This document shows positions 10,158-19,459 of a stretch of DNA of 64,000 nucleotides, one piece after another; the stretch's first letter is position 1; every line of letters begins with the position of its first letter. Origin of the DNA: Clostridiaceae bacterium (GTDB taxonomy: Bacteria; Bacillota; Clostridia; DUPQ01); NCBI GenBank assembly GCA_012729955.1, contig JAAYBX010000020.1, positions 88,414 through 152,413 on the forward strand. The letters run 5' to 3'. Both the position numbers and the translations under genes were made by a program. Under the pieces are notes generated by a model, which had not been told where the DNA came from, ran no database searches, and worked only from the letters and a program-made list of their open reading frames with translations.

Positions 10158-10844
10158 CTACATATTTATCAATTTTCTAACAACATAACCTGCAATCATA
10201 AGGCCTGCAGCTGAAGGAACATAAGAAATACTGGATATCACTTCAGACCCACTTATTTGATTTTTGCATGTTGAATACAAGACATCAACATTGGTTATAC
10301 CTTCAGCAGACAATATTTTTCTGATTTTCCTTGCTAATGGACATGTATCAGTCTTTTCAATAGGTACAATTTTAAAACCTGTATTATCAATCTTGTTTCC
10401 TGTGCCCATGCAGGATATTATATTTATACTATTTCTCTTAGCATATTTAATTATGTCTATCTTTGAACTTACTGTATCTATTGCATCTATAACATAATCG
10501 GAATCCAGTGGTACTATATCTTTTATATTATCCTTATCAACAAAAATATTATGAATATCTACATGAATTTCTGGATTAATATCTTTTATTCGGTCATATG
10601 CCGCCTGAGTCTTATACATTCCAATAGTCGAGTGCAAAGCCAGTATCTGTCTGTTTATATTGCTTTTTTCAATCCTTTCAAAATCGACAAGTATAAGATG
10701 TCCGATACCTGCTCTTGCAAGAGCTTCCATAACATAAGAACCAACTCCTCCAAGTCCTATTATGACGATTTTTTTACGGCACATTTCCTTCATTGCCTGC
10801 TCTCCGATAAGCCTTATTGTTCTTTCATAAATCATGTCGCTCAT
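10158..10844 (-). CDS. tcdA: tRNA threonylcarbamoyladenosine dehydratase (ThiF/E1-like)
   Basis: IIGLGGVGSYVMEALARAGIG Rossmann-type motif and SNINRQ. 228 aa. Confidence 0.75.
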   Translation of the reverse strand: MSDMIYERTIRLIGEQAMKEMCRKKIVIIGLGGVGSYVMEALARAGIGHLILVDFERIEKSNINRQILALHSTIGMYKTQAAYDRIKDINPEIHVDIHNIFVDKDNIKDIVPLDSDYVIDAIDTVSSKIDIIKYAKRNSINIISCMGTGNKIDNTGFKIVPIEKTDTCPLARKIRKILSAEGITNVDVLYSTCKNQISGSEVISSISYVPSAAGLMIAGYVVRKLINM

Positions 10845-11797
10845 GGTTTCGCCAATATCTTTAGAGCGTTCTGAAAATAGTCATCGGGCTCAGCAGTAAA
10901 TTCCATATATTCTTTTCTAACTGGATGAATAAAACCCAGAAGTCTTGCATGTAAAAGCTGCCCTTTTTCAAATCTCTTGTCCTTACCGCCATAAATATCA
11001 TCGCCAAGCAGAGGATTCCCTATAAATGCCATATGCACCCTGATCTGATGAGTTCTTCCAGTTTCAAGCACGGCTTTTATATATGAAGAGCCTTCCATCT
11101 TTTTAATTACTTCGAAATTAGTCACTGCATTTTTCCCATTTTTTGAATCAACAGCCATCTTCAGCCTGTTAAATCTGTCCCTGCCGATAGGAGCTTTTAT
11201 CAGACCTTTATCTGAATCAGGATATCCTTTAACTAATGCTATATATTCTCTTTTTATATCATGTTTTGAAAATGTTTCAGTCAGAATCCTGTGAGAGTTA
11301 TTGTTCTTGCATGCAACGATAATACCCGAAGTATCTTTATCGATCCGGTGGACTATTCCAGGACGTTCAATACCATTTATATCGCTTAAACTGTTTTTAG
11401 TATGGAATAAAAGAGCATTTACAAGTGTATTGGAATAATTTCCAGTAGCTGGATGTACAACCATTCCCCTCTTCTTATTCACTAAAATAATATCATCATC
11501 CTCATATAGTACATCTAAAGGTATATTCTGCGGTTCTATATTAGAAGGTTTAGCAGCCTGCATCATTACCAGGATAATGTCATCTCTTTTTACAGTGTAA
11601 CTTACATTTCTGACTATACCGTTAACAGTAACAAAACCATCTTTTACAATTTTCTGTATAAATGACCGTGAATAATCTTCCATATACTTGGTAAGGTATG
11701 AATCCAGCCTTAATCCCAAATCCTGGTCTGCTTGAAATACTAATTTATCCTGCGTTTCGCTATCAACTGATATCTCTTCATCATATATATTCATCAT
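10841..11797 (-). CDS. rluD: RluA/RluD-family 23S rRNA pseudouridine synthase
   Basis: S4-like N-terminus (RLDSYL), catalytic HRIDKDTSG and GRTHQIRVH motifs. Confidence 0.85.
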   Translation of the reverse strand: MMNIYDEEISVDSETQDKLVFQADQDLGLRLDSYLTKYMEDYSRSFIQKIVKDGFVTVNGIVRNVSYTVKRDDIILVMMQAAKPSNIEPQNIPLDVLYEDDDIILVNKKRGMVVHPATGNYSNTLVNALLFHTKNSLSDINGIERPGIVHRIDKDTSGIIVACKNNNSHRILTETFSKHDIKREYIALVKGYPDSDKGLIKAPIGRDRFNRLKMAVDSKNGKNAVTNFEVIKKMEGSSYIKAVLETGRTHQIRVHMAFIGNPLLGDDIYGGKDKRFEKGQLLHARLLGFIHPVRKEYMEFTAEPDDYFQNALKILAKP

Positions 11798-12270
11798 TGC
11801 TGCATCTCCCTATGTATAAAAAGCATATAAATCAGCAGCAAAATTACACCAACCGTTATAGCTGCATCAGCAACATTGTATGTCGGGAAATCATATCCGA
11901 AAATATATGTATCTATGAAGTCCACAACCCATCCCAGCTTAATCCTGTCTATTGCATTACCTACAGCTCCTCCAATTAGCATTGCTAAAGAGAATGCTCC
12001 AAACTTTCTTTTCATGTGCATCAGCATATATATAAGAGCAAGAGTGGCAACAACTGAAAATATTGCCAGATATTCAGTATGTTCATGGAAAATACCCCAT
12101 GCGGCGCCAGTATTTTTAGTGTATGCGATATACAGAAATCCTTCAATAATTTCAATACTGTCACCTATCTGCATTTTATTCATGATGACAGACTTCGTTA
12201 TCTGATCTGCGGATATAATTGTTATGCTAAGTATAAGCCATAATAAATTTTTAAATTCAATCCTTCTCAA
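11794..12270 (-). CDS. lspA: Lipoprotein signal peptidase (signal peptidase II)
   Basis: 158 aa with four TM segments. Contains NTGAAWG and GNAIDR...VVDFI conserved blocks. Confidence 0.9.
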   Translation of the reverse strand: MRRIEFKNLLWLILSITIISADQITKSVIMNKMQIGDSIEIIEGFLYIAYTKNTGAAWGIFHEHTEYLAIFSVVATLALIYMLMHMKRKFGAFSLAMLIGGAVGNAIDRIKLGWVVDFIDTYIFGYDFPTYNVADAAITVGVILLLIYMLFIHREMQQ

Positions 12271-13039
12271 TCCAATTTATCCTCTCAATACTAATTGTTT
12301 TACCGGTTTTCTCACATAATTCAAGGAACACAGCATTAAGCTGCCCTTTCCCCTCCTGGCATGAAAAAAATGCTGGCATTCCTGTAAGAAACTTTTTTAT
12401 TACTGCATCTCTTGATGCTCCGATTATACCTTCATAAGGTCCTGTCATCCCGACATCACATACAAAAGCTGTTCCAAAAGGCAATATCCTCTCATCTGCA
12501 GTCTGAACATGTGTATGAGTACCTAAAACTGCTGATACTCTCCCGTCAAAATGCCATGCAAATGCTGTCTTCTCGCTTGTTGCTTCTGCATGGAAATCTA
12601 TTAAAATGTTTGTAGCTTGCTTTTTTACTTCATCAAGAACTGCTTCAACTGCCACGAAAGGATCATCACAAGGTTCCATAAATACTCTGCCAGATACATT
12701 GATTATACAAAGTGCAGAATCATTCTTTTTAAGTATGATGTACCCTTTTCCAGGACATGCCTTTGAATAGTTTATAGGTCTGATAAGTTTAACATTATCT
12801 CCCATAACTGGAAGTATTTCCTTTTTGGCATATATATGATTTCCTGATGTAACTGCATCAACACCGATTGACAATAATTCCTGCAGCAATGTGGGAGTTA
12901 TACCTTTCCCTTTGTCCACATTTTCACCGTTAGCGATTATATAGTCAGGGCAATATCTCTCCCTTAATCTGGTAATATTGCTCTTTAAGATGACTCTTCC
13001 TGTCTTGCCATATATATCACCAATAAATAGGACTTTCAC
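12257..13039 (-). CDS. ymdB: YmdB-type metallophosphoesterase (TIGR00282 family)
   Basis: MKVLFIGDIYGKTGR and ANGEN, GNH, DFHAEATSEK, GTHTHVQTADE motifs. Confidence 0.85.
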   Translation of the reverse strand: MKVLFIGDIYGKTGRVILKSNITRLRERYCPDYIIANGENVDKGKGITPTLLQELLSIGVDAVTSGNHIYAKKEILPVMGDNVKLIRPINYSKACPGKGYIILKKNDSALCIINVSGRVFMEPCDDPFVAVEAVLDEVKKQATNILIDFHAEATSEKTAFAWHFDGRVSAVLGTHTHVQTADERILPFGTAFVCDVGMTGPYEGIIGASRDAVIKKFLTGMPAFFSCQEGKGQLNAVFLELCEKTGKTISIERINWIEKD

Positions 13040-13167
13040 AAAAACCTCTTTTCTAGTATATAATTATAGACCAAATACAGTGTTTTGAGAAGTAAGCAAT
13101 CATGACTTATTGCACTGCTTCACTTTTTCAGATATTATTTGAATAACCAGATGGTAAAGAGGAATTA

Positions 13168-14625
13168 ATGAAAATCAGACTAAAAGGTATTTTCCACAAA
13201 CTCAGACAGCCTGCTTTACAAAAAAGCATCCCTTTCCACATGCCTGGACACAAAAGAAATATGAAGTGTTCAGCGCATTTGAATAAGTTAGGTATAAGAT
13301 ATGACATAACTGAAATACCAGGGTATGACAATCTGCATGACCCTAAAGATATAATTTACGATGCCATGAAAAAGGCAGAGATGCTTTGGAATTCCAAATA
13401 CAGCTTTTTCCTGGTAAACGGAAGCACATGCGGTATACTTGCAGCTATATCTTCCCTGGCTGACCCTGGGGATAAGATAATTGTTGCAAGAAACAGCCAT
13501 AAGTCGGTATATAACGCTATAGAGCTTCTTGATTTGCAACCAGTATTCTTAAATCTACCTATTTGTGCAGAATTAAGTATACCAGGCTCGATTAATCCGG
13601 AAATCGTCTATAATGCCATATCAGCTAATCCGGATGCTAAGATGGTATTTTTAACAAGTCCGACATATGAAGGCGTTATAAGTGACATACAATCAATATG
13701 TGATATCTCACATAAAATGAATATACCTGTTGTTGTGGACGAGGCACATGGCGCTCATCTGAAGCTGAATGAGTATTTTAACAACAGTGCTGTTTCATCT
13801 TCAGCTGACATTGTAATACAAAGCCTGCATAAGACACTTCCCAGCCTGACGCAAACAGCTATAGCGCATATTTGCACCAATACTGTAGATCGTGATAAAT
13901 TTCAAAGATATTTATCTGTTTTTCAGACAAGCAGTCCAAGTTATCTTTTAATGGCTTCAATTGAAGGATGTATCGATCTTTTACTTGAAAAAAAAGATAT
14001 CCTATATTCAGATTGGATAAAAAACCTTGATTACATCGATGCTAATCTTGCAGGATTAAAGAATATTAGAACTTTTTATCATGGCACTTCGAAAAATAAG
14101 GTGTATAAGGATATATATGCATATGACAGGTCCAAACTTATAATTTCTACAGATCATTTATGTATCAATGGCAAGCAGCTTTTCGATATACTCGTAAATG
14201 ATTATAATATTTTTTGCGAAATGTATTCAAATTCATATGTCTTGGTGATGACATCTATGTGTGACAAGAAATCCTCAATACGAAAATTGTGTGCTGCTTT
14301 AACTGACATAGATACGCTCTATTCTAAGACTGATGCATATGATATAAAGAATGGTAAGACTATTTCTCTTAAGATACCTGAACGCTGTATGGGTATCAGA
14401 ACAGCAAGAAAAGAAAAAAGTGTAAGCATCCCCATTTTAGAAGCTAATGGATATATCTGCGCTGAATATTTATGGGCATATCCTCCAGGAATCCCCTATC
14501 TAATTCCAGGAGAAAAAGTAAACTCAGAAATGATAAGTGTTCTGACAGAAATGATAAATGATGGTATTGAGTTAAAAAGTGATTACAAAAATAAAAAAGG
14601 ATACCTTACTGTATTGAATAATTGA
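13168..14625 (+). CDS. PLP-dependent Orn/Lys/Arg decarboxylase-family protein
   Basis: FHMPGHK N-terminal motif, DEAHGAH, and SLHKTLPSLTQ (PLP-lysine region). 485 aa. SD AAAGAGGA lies upstream. Confidence 0.75.
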   Translation: MKIRLKGIFHKLRQPALQKSIPFHMPGHKRNMKCSAHLNKLGIRYDITEIPGYDNLHDPKDIIYDAMKKAEMLWNSKYSFFLVNGSTCGILAAISSLADPGDKIIVARNSHKSVYNAIELLDLQPVFLNLPICAELSIPGSINPEIVYNAISANPDAKMVFLTSPTYEGVISDIQSICDISHKMNIPVVVDEAHGAHLKLNEYFNNSAVSSSADIVIQSLHKTLPSLTQTAIAHICTNTVDRDKFQRYLSVFQTSSPSYLLMASIEGCIDLLLEKKDILYSDWIKNLDYIDANLAGLKNIRTFYHGTSKNKVYKDIYAYDRSKLIISTDHLCINGKQLFDILVNDYNIFCEMYSNSYVLVMTSMCDKKSSIRKLCAALTDIDTLYSKTDAYDIKNGKTISLKIPERCMGIRTARKEKSVSIPILEANGYICAEYLWAYPPGIPYLIPGEKVNSEMISVLTEMINDGIELKSDYKNKKGYLTVLNN

Positions 14626-14651
14626 TTCGAAAAGAGAATTTCTTAACTTAA

Positions 14652-14680
14652 TTGACATATTAGTATATTTAAATTAGAAT
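14652..14680 (+). promoter_or_regulatory. Candidate sigma-A promoter for the SCIFF operon
   Basis: TTGACA (14652-14657), a 17-nt spacer, then TAGAAT (14675-14680). It lies 47 nt upstream of the precursor ATG. Confidence 0.5.
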
Positions 14681-14726
14681 TATCCTGTAAAAACAGAATG
14701 AACTTACAAAAGGACTGGTATAAGAA

Positions 14727-14882
14727 ATGGAAAAAGCAAAAAGGATTAAAACAATTCAGACTCGTGATTTAGTAAACAGCATAAAAGATGGCGGTTGCGG
14801 CGAATGCCAGACATCCTGCCAATCAGCCTGCAAAACTTCCTGCGGAGTAGCTAACCAAAAGTGCGAAAATACTCAGAAATAA
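14727..14882 (+). CDS. scfA: Six-cysteine ranthipeptide precursor, SCIFF family (51 aa; not in ORF track)
   Basis: Own translation: MEKAKRIKTIQTRDLVNSIKDGGCGECQTSCQSACKTSCGVANQKCENTQK. The GGCGECQTSCQSACKTSC core and six Cys are characteristic. It lies immediately upstream of a SPASM radical-SAM gene. Confidence 0.9.
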   Translation: MEKAKRIKTIQTRDLVNSIKDGGCGECQTSCQSACKTSCGVANQKCENTQK

Positions 14883-14902
14883 TAGCTCTTTATTGTTTAT
14901 AC

Positions 14903-14945
14903 GCCGTCTTATCTGCTACTATGCGGTATGACGGCTGTTTTTTTG
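14903..14945 (+). terminator. Intercistronic hairpin plus T-run (possible partial terminator) between precursor and maturase
   Basis: GCCGTC (14903-14908) pairs with GACGGC (14930-14935), followed by TGTTTTTTTG. The loop is long (21 nt), so the strength is uncertain. Confidence 0.45.
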
Positions 14946-14960
14946 TAAAAAAGAGGAATA

Positions 14961-16337
14961 ATGATACATAAATACAAGCTTAACGGATATAACATAGTAC
15001 TCGACGTTTATAGTAACTCATTACATATAGTAGATGATATCGCTTATGATATTATTTCAATCTACAAAGAGAAATCCACAGAGGATATTATTAATACTAT
15101 GCTTGAAATGCATCCAGAGATTACAAAGGATGACATATTAGAGTGTTTATCAGACATATCACAGCTTGAGAAGGAAAATAAGCTGTTCAGCGAGGATACA
15201 TATTCAAACATTCCAATTAGAAAAAGATCAAATAGTAATATAGTAAAAGCATTATGCCTTCATGTTGCACATACATGCAACTTAAATTGTGAGTACTGTT
15301 TTGCAAGTCAAGGCAACTATAAGGGCAAACGGGCTCTGATGAGTTATGAGGTCGGGAAACAGGCTTTAGATTTTCTGATAAATCATTCTGGTACCAGAAG
15401 AAATCTTGAAGTCGACTTTTTCGGTGGAGAACCTTTGATGAATCTTGATGTATGCAAACAACTGGTAAAATACGCAAGAAGCATCGAGAAAGAGCATAAT
15501 AAAAATTTCCGTTTTACTCTTACTACAAACGGAGTACTAATAGATGACGATGTTATTAAGTTTGCAAACGAACAGATGGATAATGTCGTACTAAGTCTTG
15601 ATGGAAGAAAATGCGTACATGACAGACTACGCAAGGATATTAAGGGAAATGGCAGTTATGATCTTATAGTGCCGAAGTTCCAAAAACTAGTCAGTAACCG
15701 AACTAAAGGGACATATTATGTAAGAGGGACATTCACGCATTTTAATACTGACTTCACAAATGACATACTTCATATGGCCGACCTTGGTTTTACAGAGCTT
15801 AGCATGGAACCAGTAGTATGTCCTCCTGAAGATGTTTATGCACTGACAAAAGAGGATCTTCCTATAATTCTTGAACAGTATGAGATTTTAGCAAAAGAGA
15901 TGCTAAACAGAGAAAAACAAGGTAAAGAGTTCGTCTTTTACCACTATATGATAGATTTAACTCATGGACCCTGCATATACAAAAGGTTATCCGGCTGCGG
16001 TTCAGGTACAGAATATCTTGCTGTAACACCATGGGGAGAGCTTTTCCCTTGTCATCAGTTTGTATCTGACTCAAACTATAGTATGGGTGATGTATGGCAA
16101 GGTATAACAAATATCTCTTTGCAGAAAGAATTTGGAATGTGTAATGCATACTCAAGAGAAGAATGTAAAGACTGTTGGGCAAAATTATACTGTTCAGGCG
16201 GATGTGCAGCAAATGCATATCATGCAAGCGGCAGTATTCTAGGTACTTATGAATATGGGTGCGAACTTTTTAAAAAGCGAATGGAGTGTGCGATAATGCT
16301 TCAAATAGCCAGACAGGATATTAAACTAGCGGATTAA
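14961..16337 (+). CDS. scfB: SCIFF radical-SAM/SPASM thioether-forming maturase
   Basis: CNLNCEYC (CX3CX2C) radical-SAM cluster motif. The Cys-rich C-terminal SPASM region is GCGSG...CHQF...CKDCWAKLYCSGGCAANA. Adjacent to scfA. Confidence 0.9.
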   Translation: MIHKYKLNGYNIVLDVYSNSLHIVDDIAYDIISIYKEKSTEDIINTMLEMHPEITKDDILECLSDISQLEKENKLFSEDTYSNIPIRKRSNSNIVKALCLHVAHTCNLNCEYCFASQGNYKGKRALMSYEVGKQALDFLINHSGTRRNLEVDFFGGEPLMNLDVCKQLVKYARSIEKEHNKNFRFTLTTNGVLIDDDVIKFANEQMDNVVLSLDGRKCVHDRLRKDIKGNGSYDLIVPKFQKLVSNRTKGTYYVRGTFTHFNTDFTNDILHMADLGFTELSMEPVVCPPEDVYALTKEDLPIILEQYEILAKEMLNREKQGKEFVFYHYMIDLTHGPCIYKRLSGCGSGTEYLAVTPWGELFPCHQFVSDSNYSMGDVWQGITNISLQKEFGMCNAYSREECKDCWAKLYCSGGCAANAYHASGSILGTYEYGCELFKKRMECAIMLQIARQDIKLAD

Positions 16338-16373
16338 TAAATAACAATATAATCGAGATGTTGTGAATATAAT

Positions 16374-16401
16374 AAAAAGGCATGTTTTCACATGCCCTTT
16401 T
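16374..16401. terminator. Bidirectional rho-independent terminator (scfB / rny convergent)
   Basis: AAAAAGGCATGT-TTTC-ACATGCCCTTTTG. A 7-bp GC-containing stem is flanked by an A-run and a T-run. Confidence 0.6.
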
Positions 16402-16403
16402 GC

Positions 16404-17960
16404 TTACTTTGCAAAATCTACAACTCTTACTTCCCTAATGACATTAACTTTAATCTGTCCGGGATATTCCATTTCGTTTTCAATTCTCTTAACGATATCT
16501 CTACATGTAAGTACTATATCGTCATCATTCATTTTTTCAGGTTTTACCATAATCCTGATTTCTCTTCCAGCCTGTACGGCGTAGGATTTTTCAACACCTT
16601 CAAATGAATTTGCTATTTCTTCAAGTTTTTCAATTCTCTTGACATAAGCTTCCAAAGTTTCTCTTCTAGCACCTGGTCTTGCTGCTGATATTCCGTCAGC
16701 TGCCTGAACCAGAACTGCAATTGCGCTTTCTGGTTCCTTATCTCCATGATGTGACATTATTGCATCTAGTACGACAGGATGTTCATTATACTTCCTTACT
16801 ATATCCGCTCCAACATCAATATGAGAACCTTCAGTTTCAAAATCTATGGATTTGCCTATATCATGTAAAAGTCCTGCTCTTTTAGCTAAAGTAACATCCA
16901 GACCAAGTTCTCCGGCCATTATGCCTGTTAACATCGCTACTTCAAGTGAATGTTTAAGTACATTCTGTCCATAGCTTGTCCGATATTTCATCCTTCCTAA
17001 AAGTCTGACTATTTCAGGATGAAGGTTATGGACACCTGCTTCAAAAGCAACTTTGTCGCCTTCTATCTTGATGGTATTCTCTACTTCCTTCTTAGCTTTG
17101 TTAACGGTTTCTTCTATCCTTGCAGGATGAATTCTGCCGTCTACAATAAGCTTTTCCAGTGAAATACGTGCAATTTCCCTTCTAATTGGATCAAATCCTG
17201 AGAGCACTACTGCCTCTGGGGTATCATCAATTATAAGGTCAATTCCTGTAAGAGTTTCTAAAGCCCTTATATTTCTTCCCTCTCTGCCTATGATACGTCC
17301 TTTCATTTCATCATTCGGTAATGCTACAACGGATACAGTGTTTTCTGCAACATAGTCAGTAGCACACCTTTGGATTGCTGAGGAAATAATATTTTTAGCA
17401 AGATTTTCGGAATCTTCCTTTGTCTTTGCTTCATACTCCTTCAGCAGAAGGACTTTCTCATGTTTTATATCATCTTCGAGTGATTTCAGAAGATATGTCT
17501 TGGCTTCTTCAACTGTAAGTGCGGATATTCTTTCCAGCTCAGTAAGCTTATCCTGGTGGATTTGCTCAATATCCCTCTGCTTAGAATCTATATCCGACAT
17601 TTTTTTATTTAGAACTTCTTCTTTGCTTTCCATAGAAGCTATCTTCTTGTCTAAGGATTCTTCTTTCTGGATTACTCGGCTTTCCATCCTCTGGATTTCC
17701 TTTCGTCTTTCTTTTAGATCCCTTTCCATTTCAATCCTGCTTTTATGGATTTCTTCTTTGGCTTCAATCAATATCTCTCTTTTGCGTTCTTCGGCATTTT
17801 TCTCACCCTGAAGGACAAGTTTTTTTGCTTCAGATTCCGCACTGCCTATTTCCTTTTCAGCAACTATCTTTCTGTGTCGAATCCCCAAAAAATACATTAC
17901 TATTGAAAATATTATAAGAACAACGATAATGACTAGACCTATGATTTCTCTGAGAGTCAT
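16404..17960 (-). CDS. rny: Ribonuclease Y
   Basis: N-terminal TM helix, long charged coiled coil, KH domain ([12 protein letters not shown]) and HD domain (LLHDIGK...HHGD). Confidence 0.95.
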   Translation of the reverse strand: MTLREIIGLVIIVVLIIFSIVMYFLGIRHRKIVAEKEIGSAESEAKKLVLQGEKNAEERKREILIEAKEEIHKSRIEMERDLKERRKEIQRMESRVIQKEESLDKKIASMESKEEVLNKKMSDIDSKQRDIEQIHQDKLTELERISALTVEEAKTYLLKSLEDDIKHEKVLLLKEYEAKTKEDSENLAKNIISSAIQRCATDYVAENTVSVVALPNDEMKGRIIGREGRNIRALETLTGIDLIIDDTPEAVVLSGFDPIRREIARISLEKLIVDGRIHPARIEETVNKAKKEVENTIKIEGDKVAFEAGVHNLHPEIVRLLGRMKYRTSYGQNVLKHSLEVAMLTGIMAGELGLDVTLAKRAGLLHDIGKSIDFETEGSHIDVGADIVRKYNEHPVVLDAIMSHHGDKEPESAIAVLVQAADGISAARPGARRETLEAYVKRIEKLEEIANSFEGVEKSYAVQAGREIRIMVKPEKMNDDDIVLTCRDIVKRIENEMEYPGQIKVNVIREVRVVDFAK

Positions 17961-18117
17961 TCCCTTTTATTACCTCCTTATTCGGTTTTCAAAGTTCATA
18001 TGTAAAATTAAATAAATTATCCATACAATTTGTAATTTTATTATTTTTTTGCTTATATGTCAATAAAAATTATGGTCCGCAGTAAAGCATGGTATAATAA
18101 CTGAGCAGGAGGCCTGT

Positions 18118-19113
18118 ATGGATATTAACTATATAAAAGATGCCATTTCTCATAAATCAACATTGAAGGTACCCTACCTTCTCCAAATTACCAGGAAAGC
18201 AAATGAGAAATACGGAGAAAAACTCTTAGAAGATTATTGTAATAAAGATGTAATGAATGCTTATCAGAAAAACATGATATCCAGATGTGATGCGATATAT
18301 TTATCTATCGGAAATCATGCAGTCGGAGTAAGCGCTCCGTGGTGGTCTTGGTACGACTGTCAGGAATTTTATCTTACACAGGACCCTCCATCGCATATGC
18401 CAAAAACAAAAGGCACAGGAAGTTATTCGGAGTATGAACAATATACAAAGTTCCTGAAAGACAACTTCGGCTGTTATGTAACTGTTTTCATTTGGGGCAG
18501 TCATTTTGAAAAAGCATATTTTGCAAGAGGTATAGAGAATTTTCTTGCGGATATGGCTTGCGAACCTGAGTTCTCCAATGACCTTCTAAATACAATTATA
18601 AGAAAGAATATTGTGATGTTGGAAAACCTTATAACAAATGAGAATATTGACGGTGTCCTCTTAGGAAGTGATTGGGGATCTCAGAAATCTTTACTTATGT
18701 CTCCTTCGGTATGGAAAAAAATGATTAAACCAGGAGAACAAAAAGAATATAATCTTATACATTCATATAATAAGGATGTATGGGTACATTCATGTGGAAA
18801 TGTCAGACAGATATTGCCGGATTTATGCGAAATGGGAGTGGATGTGCTCAATCCGATCCAGCCGGAATGTATGGACATATTTGAAATAAAAGAATCTTTT
18901 GGGAATAAGCTGACATTCTGGGGTGGAATATCTACTCAACGCACTCTACCTTACGGAACAGTAGCTCAGGTAAGAAATGAAGCTGAAAAAGTTATTATGA
19001 ATATGAGTAACAATGGCGGATATATCGCTGCTCCTGCCCAAGAAATCCAAGATGATGTACCATACGAAAATATTACTGCACTTATAGACGTGCTAAGATA
19101 TTATAGCGCTTGA
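18118..19113 (+). CDS. Uroporphyrinogen decarboxylase (URO-D)-family protein, function unknown
   Basis: 331 aa. The C-terminal half (VHSCGNV...GVDVLNPIQPECMD...LTFWGGISTQRTLPYGT) fits the URO-D/MtaA-like TIM-barrel pattern. SD GCAGGAGG. Confidence 0.7.
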   Translation: MDINYIKDAISHKSTLKVPYLLQITRKANEKYGEKLLEDYCNKDVMNAYQKNMISRCDAIYLSIGNHAVGVSAPWWSWYDCQEFYLTQDPPSHMPKTKGTGSYSEYEQYTKFLKDNFGCYVTVFIWGSHFEKAYFARGIENFLADMACEPEFSNDLLNTIIRKNIVMLENLITNENIDGVLLGSDWGSQKSLLMSPSVWKKMIKPGEQKEYNLIHSYNKDVWVHSCGNVRQILPDLCEMGVDVLNPIQPECMDIFEIKESFGNKLTFWGGISTQRTLPYGTVAQVRNEAEKVIMNMSNNGGYIAAPAQEIQDDVPYENITALIDVLRYYSA

Positions 19114-19207
19114 AGAACGACTTATTTTTATTAACAGTTAAGTTATTATTGCATTATGATGAGTAAATTGATAAAATGAACAATAACAAAATGGTTGGAG
19201 GATTAAA

Positions 19208-19459
19208 ATGAAATCAGCAGGAGTAGTAAGAAAAATAGATGAATTAGGAAGAATCGTTGTTCCGATAGAATTACGTAAATCCCTTAATATAGGAAAAAGA
19301 GAAGCTGTTGAAATATCTTTAGATGATGATTGCATCCTTATTAAGAAATTTGAACCTGGATGCTGCTTCTGCGGTTCAACAGATGAACTTCAGACATACA
19401 ATGGGAATAAGGTATGCAGCGAATGTATCAAGGAGCTATCATCTTCCGCATCTGAATAA
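19208..19459 (+). CDS. abrB: AbrB-family transition-state regulator with Cys-rich C-terminal tail
   Basis: MKSAGVVRKIDELGRIVVPIELRKSLNI matches the AbrB swapped-hairpin N-domain. The tail is CCFCGS...CSEC. SD GGAGG. Position next to rsmI matches Bacillus gene order. Confidence 0.8.
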   Translation: MKSAGVVRKIDELGRIVVPIELRKSLNIGKREAVEISLDDDCILIKKFEPGCCFCGSTDELQTYNGNKVCSECIKELSSSASE

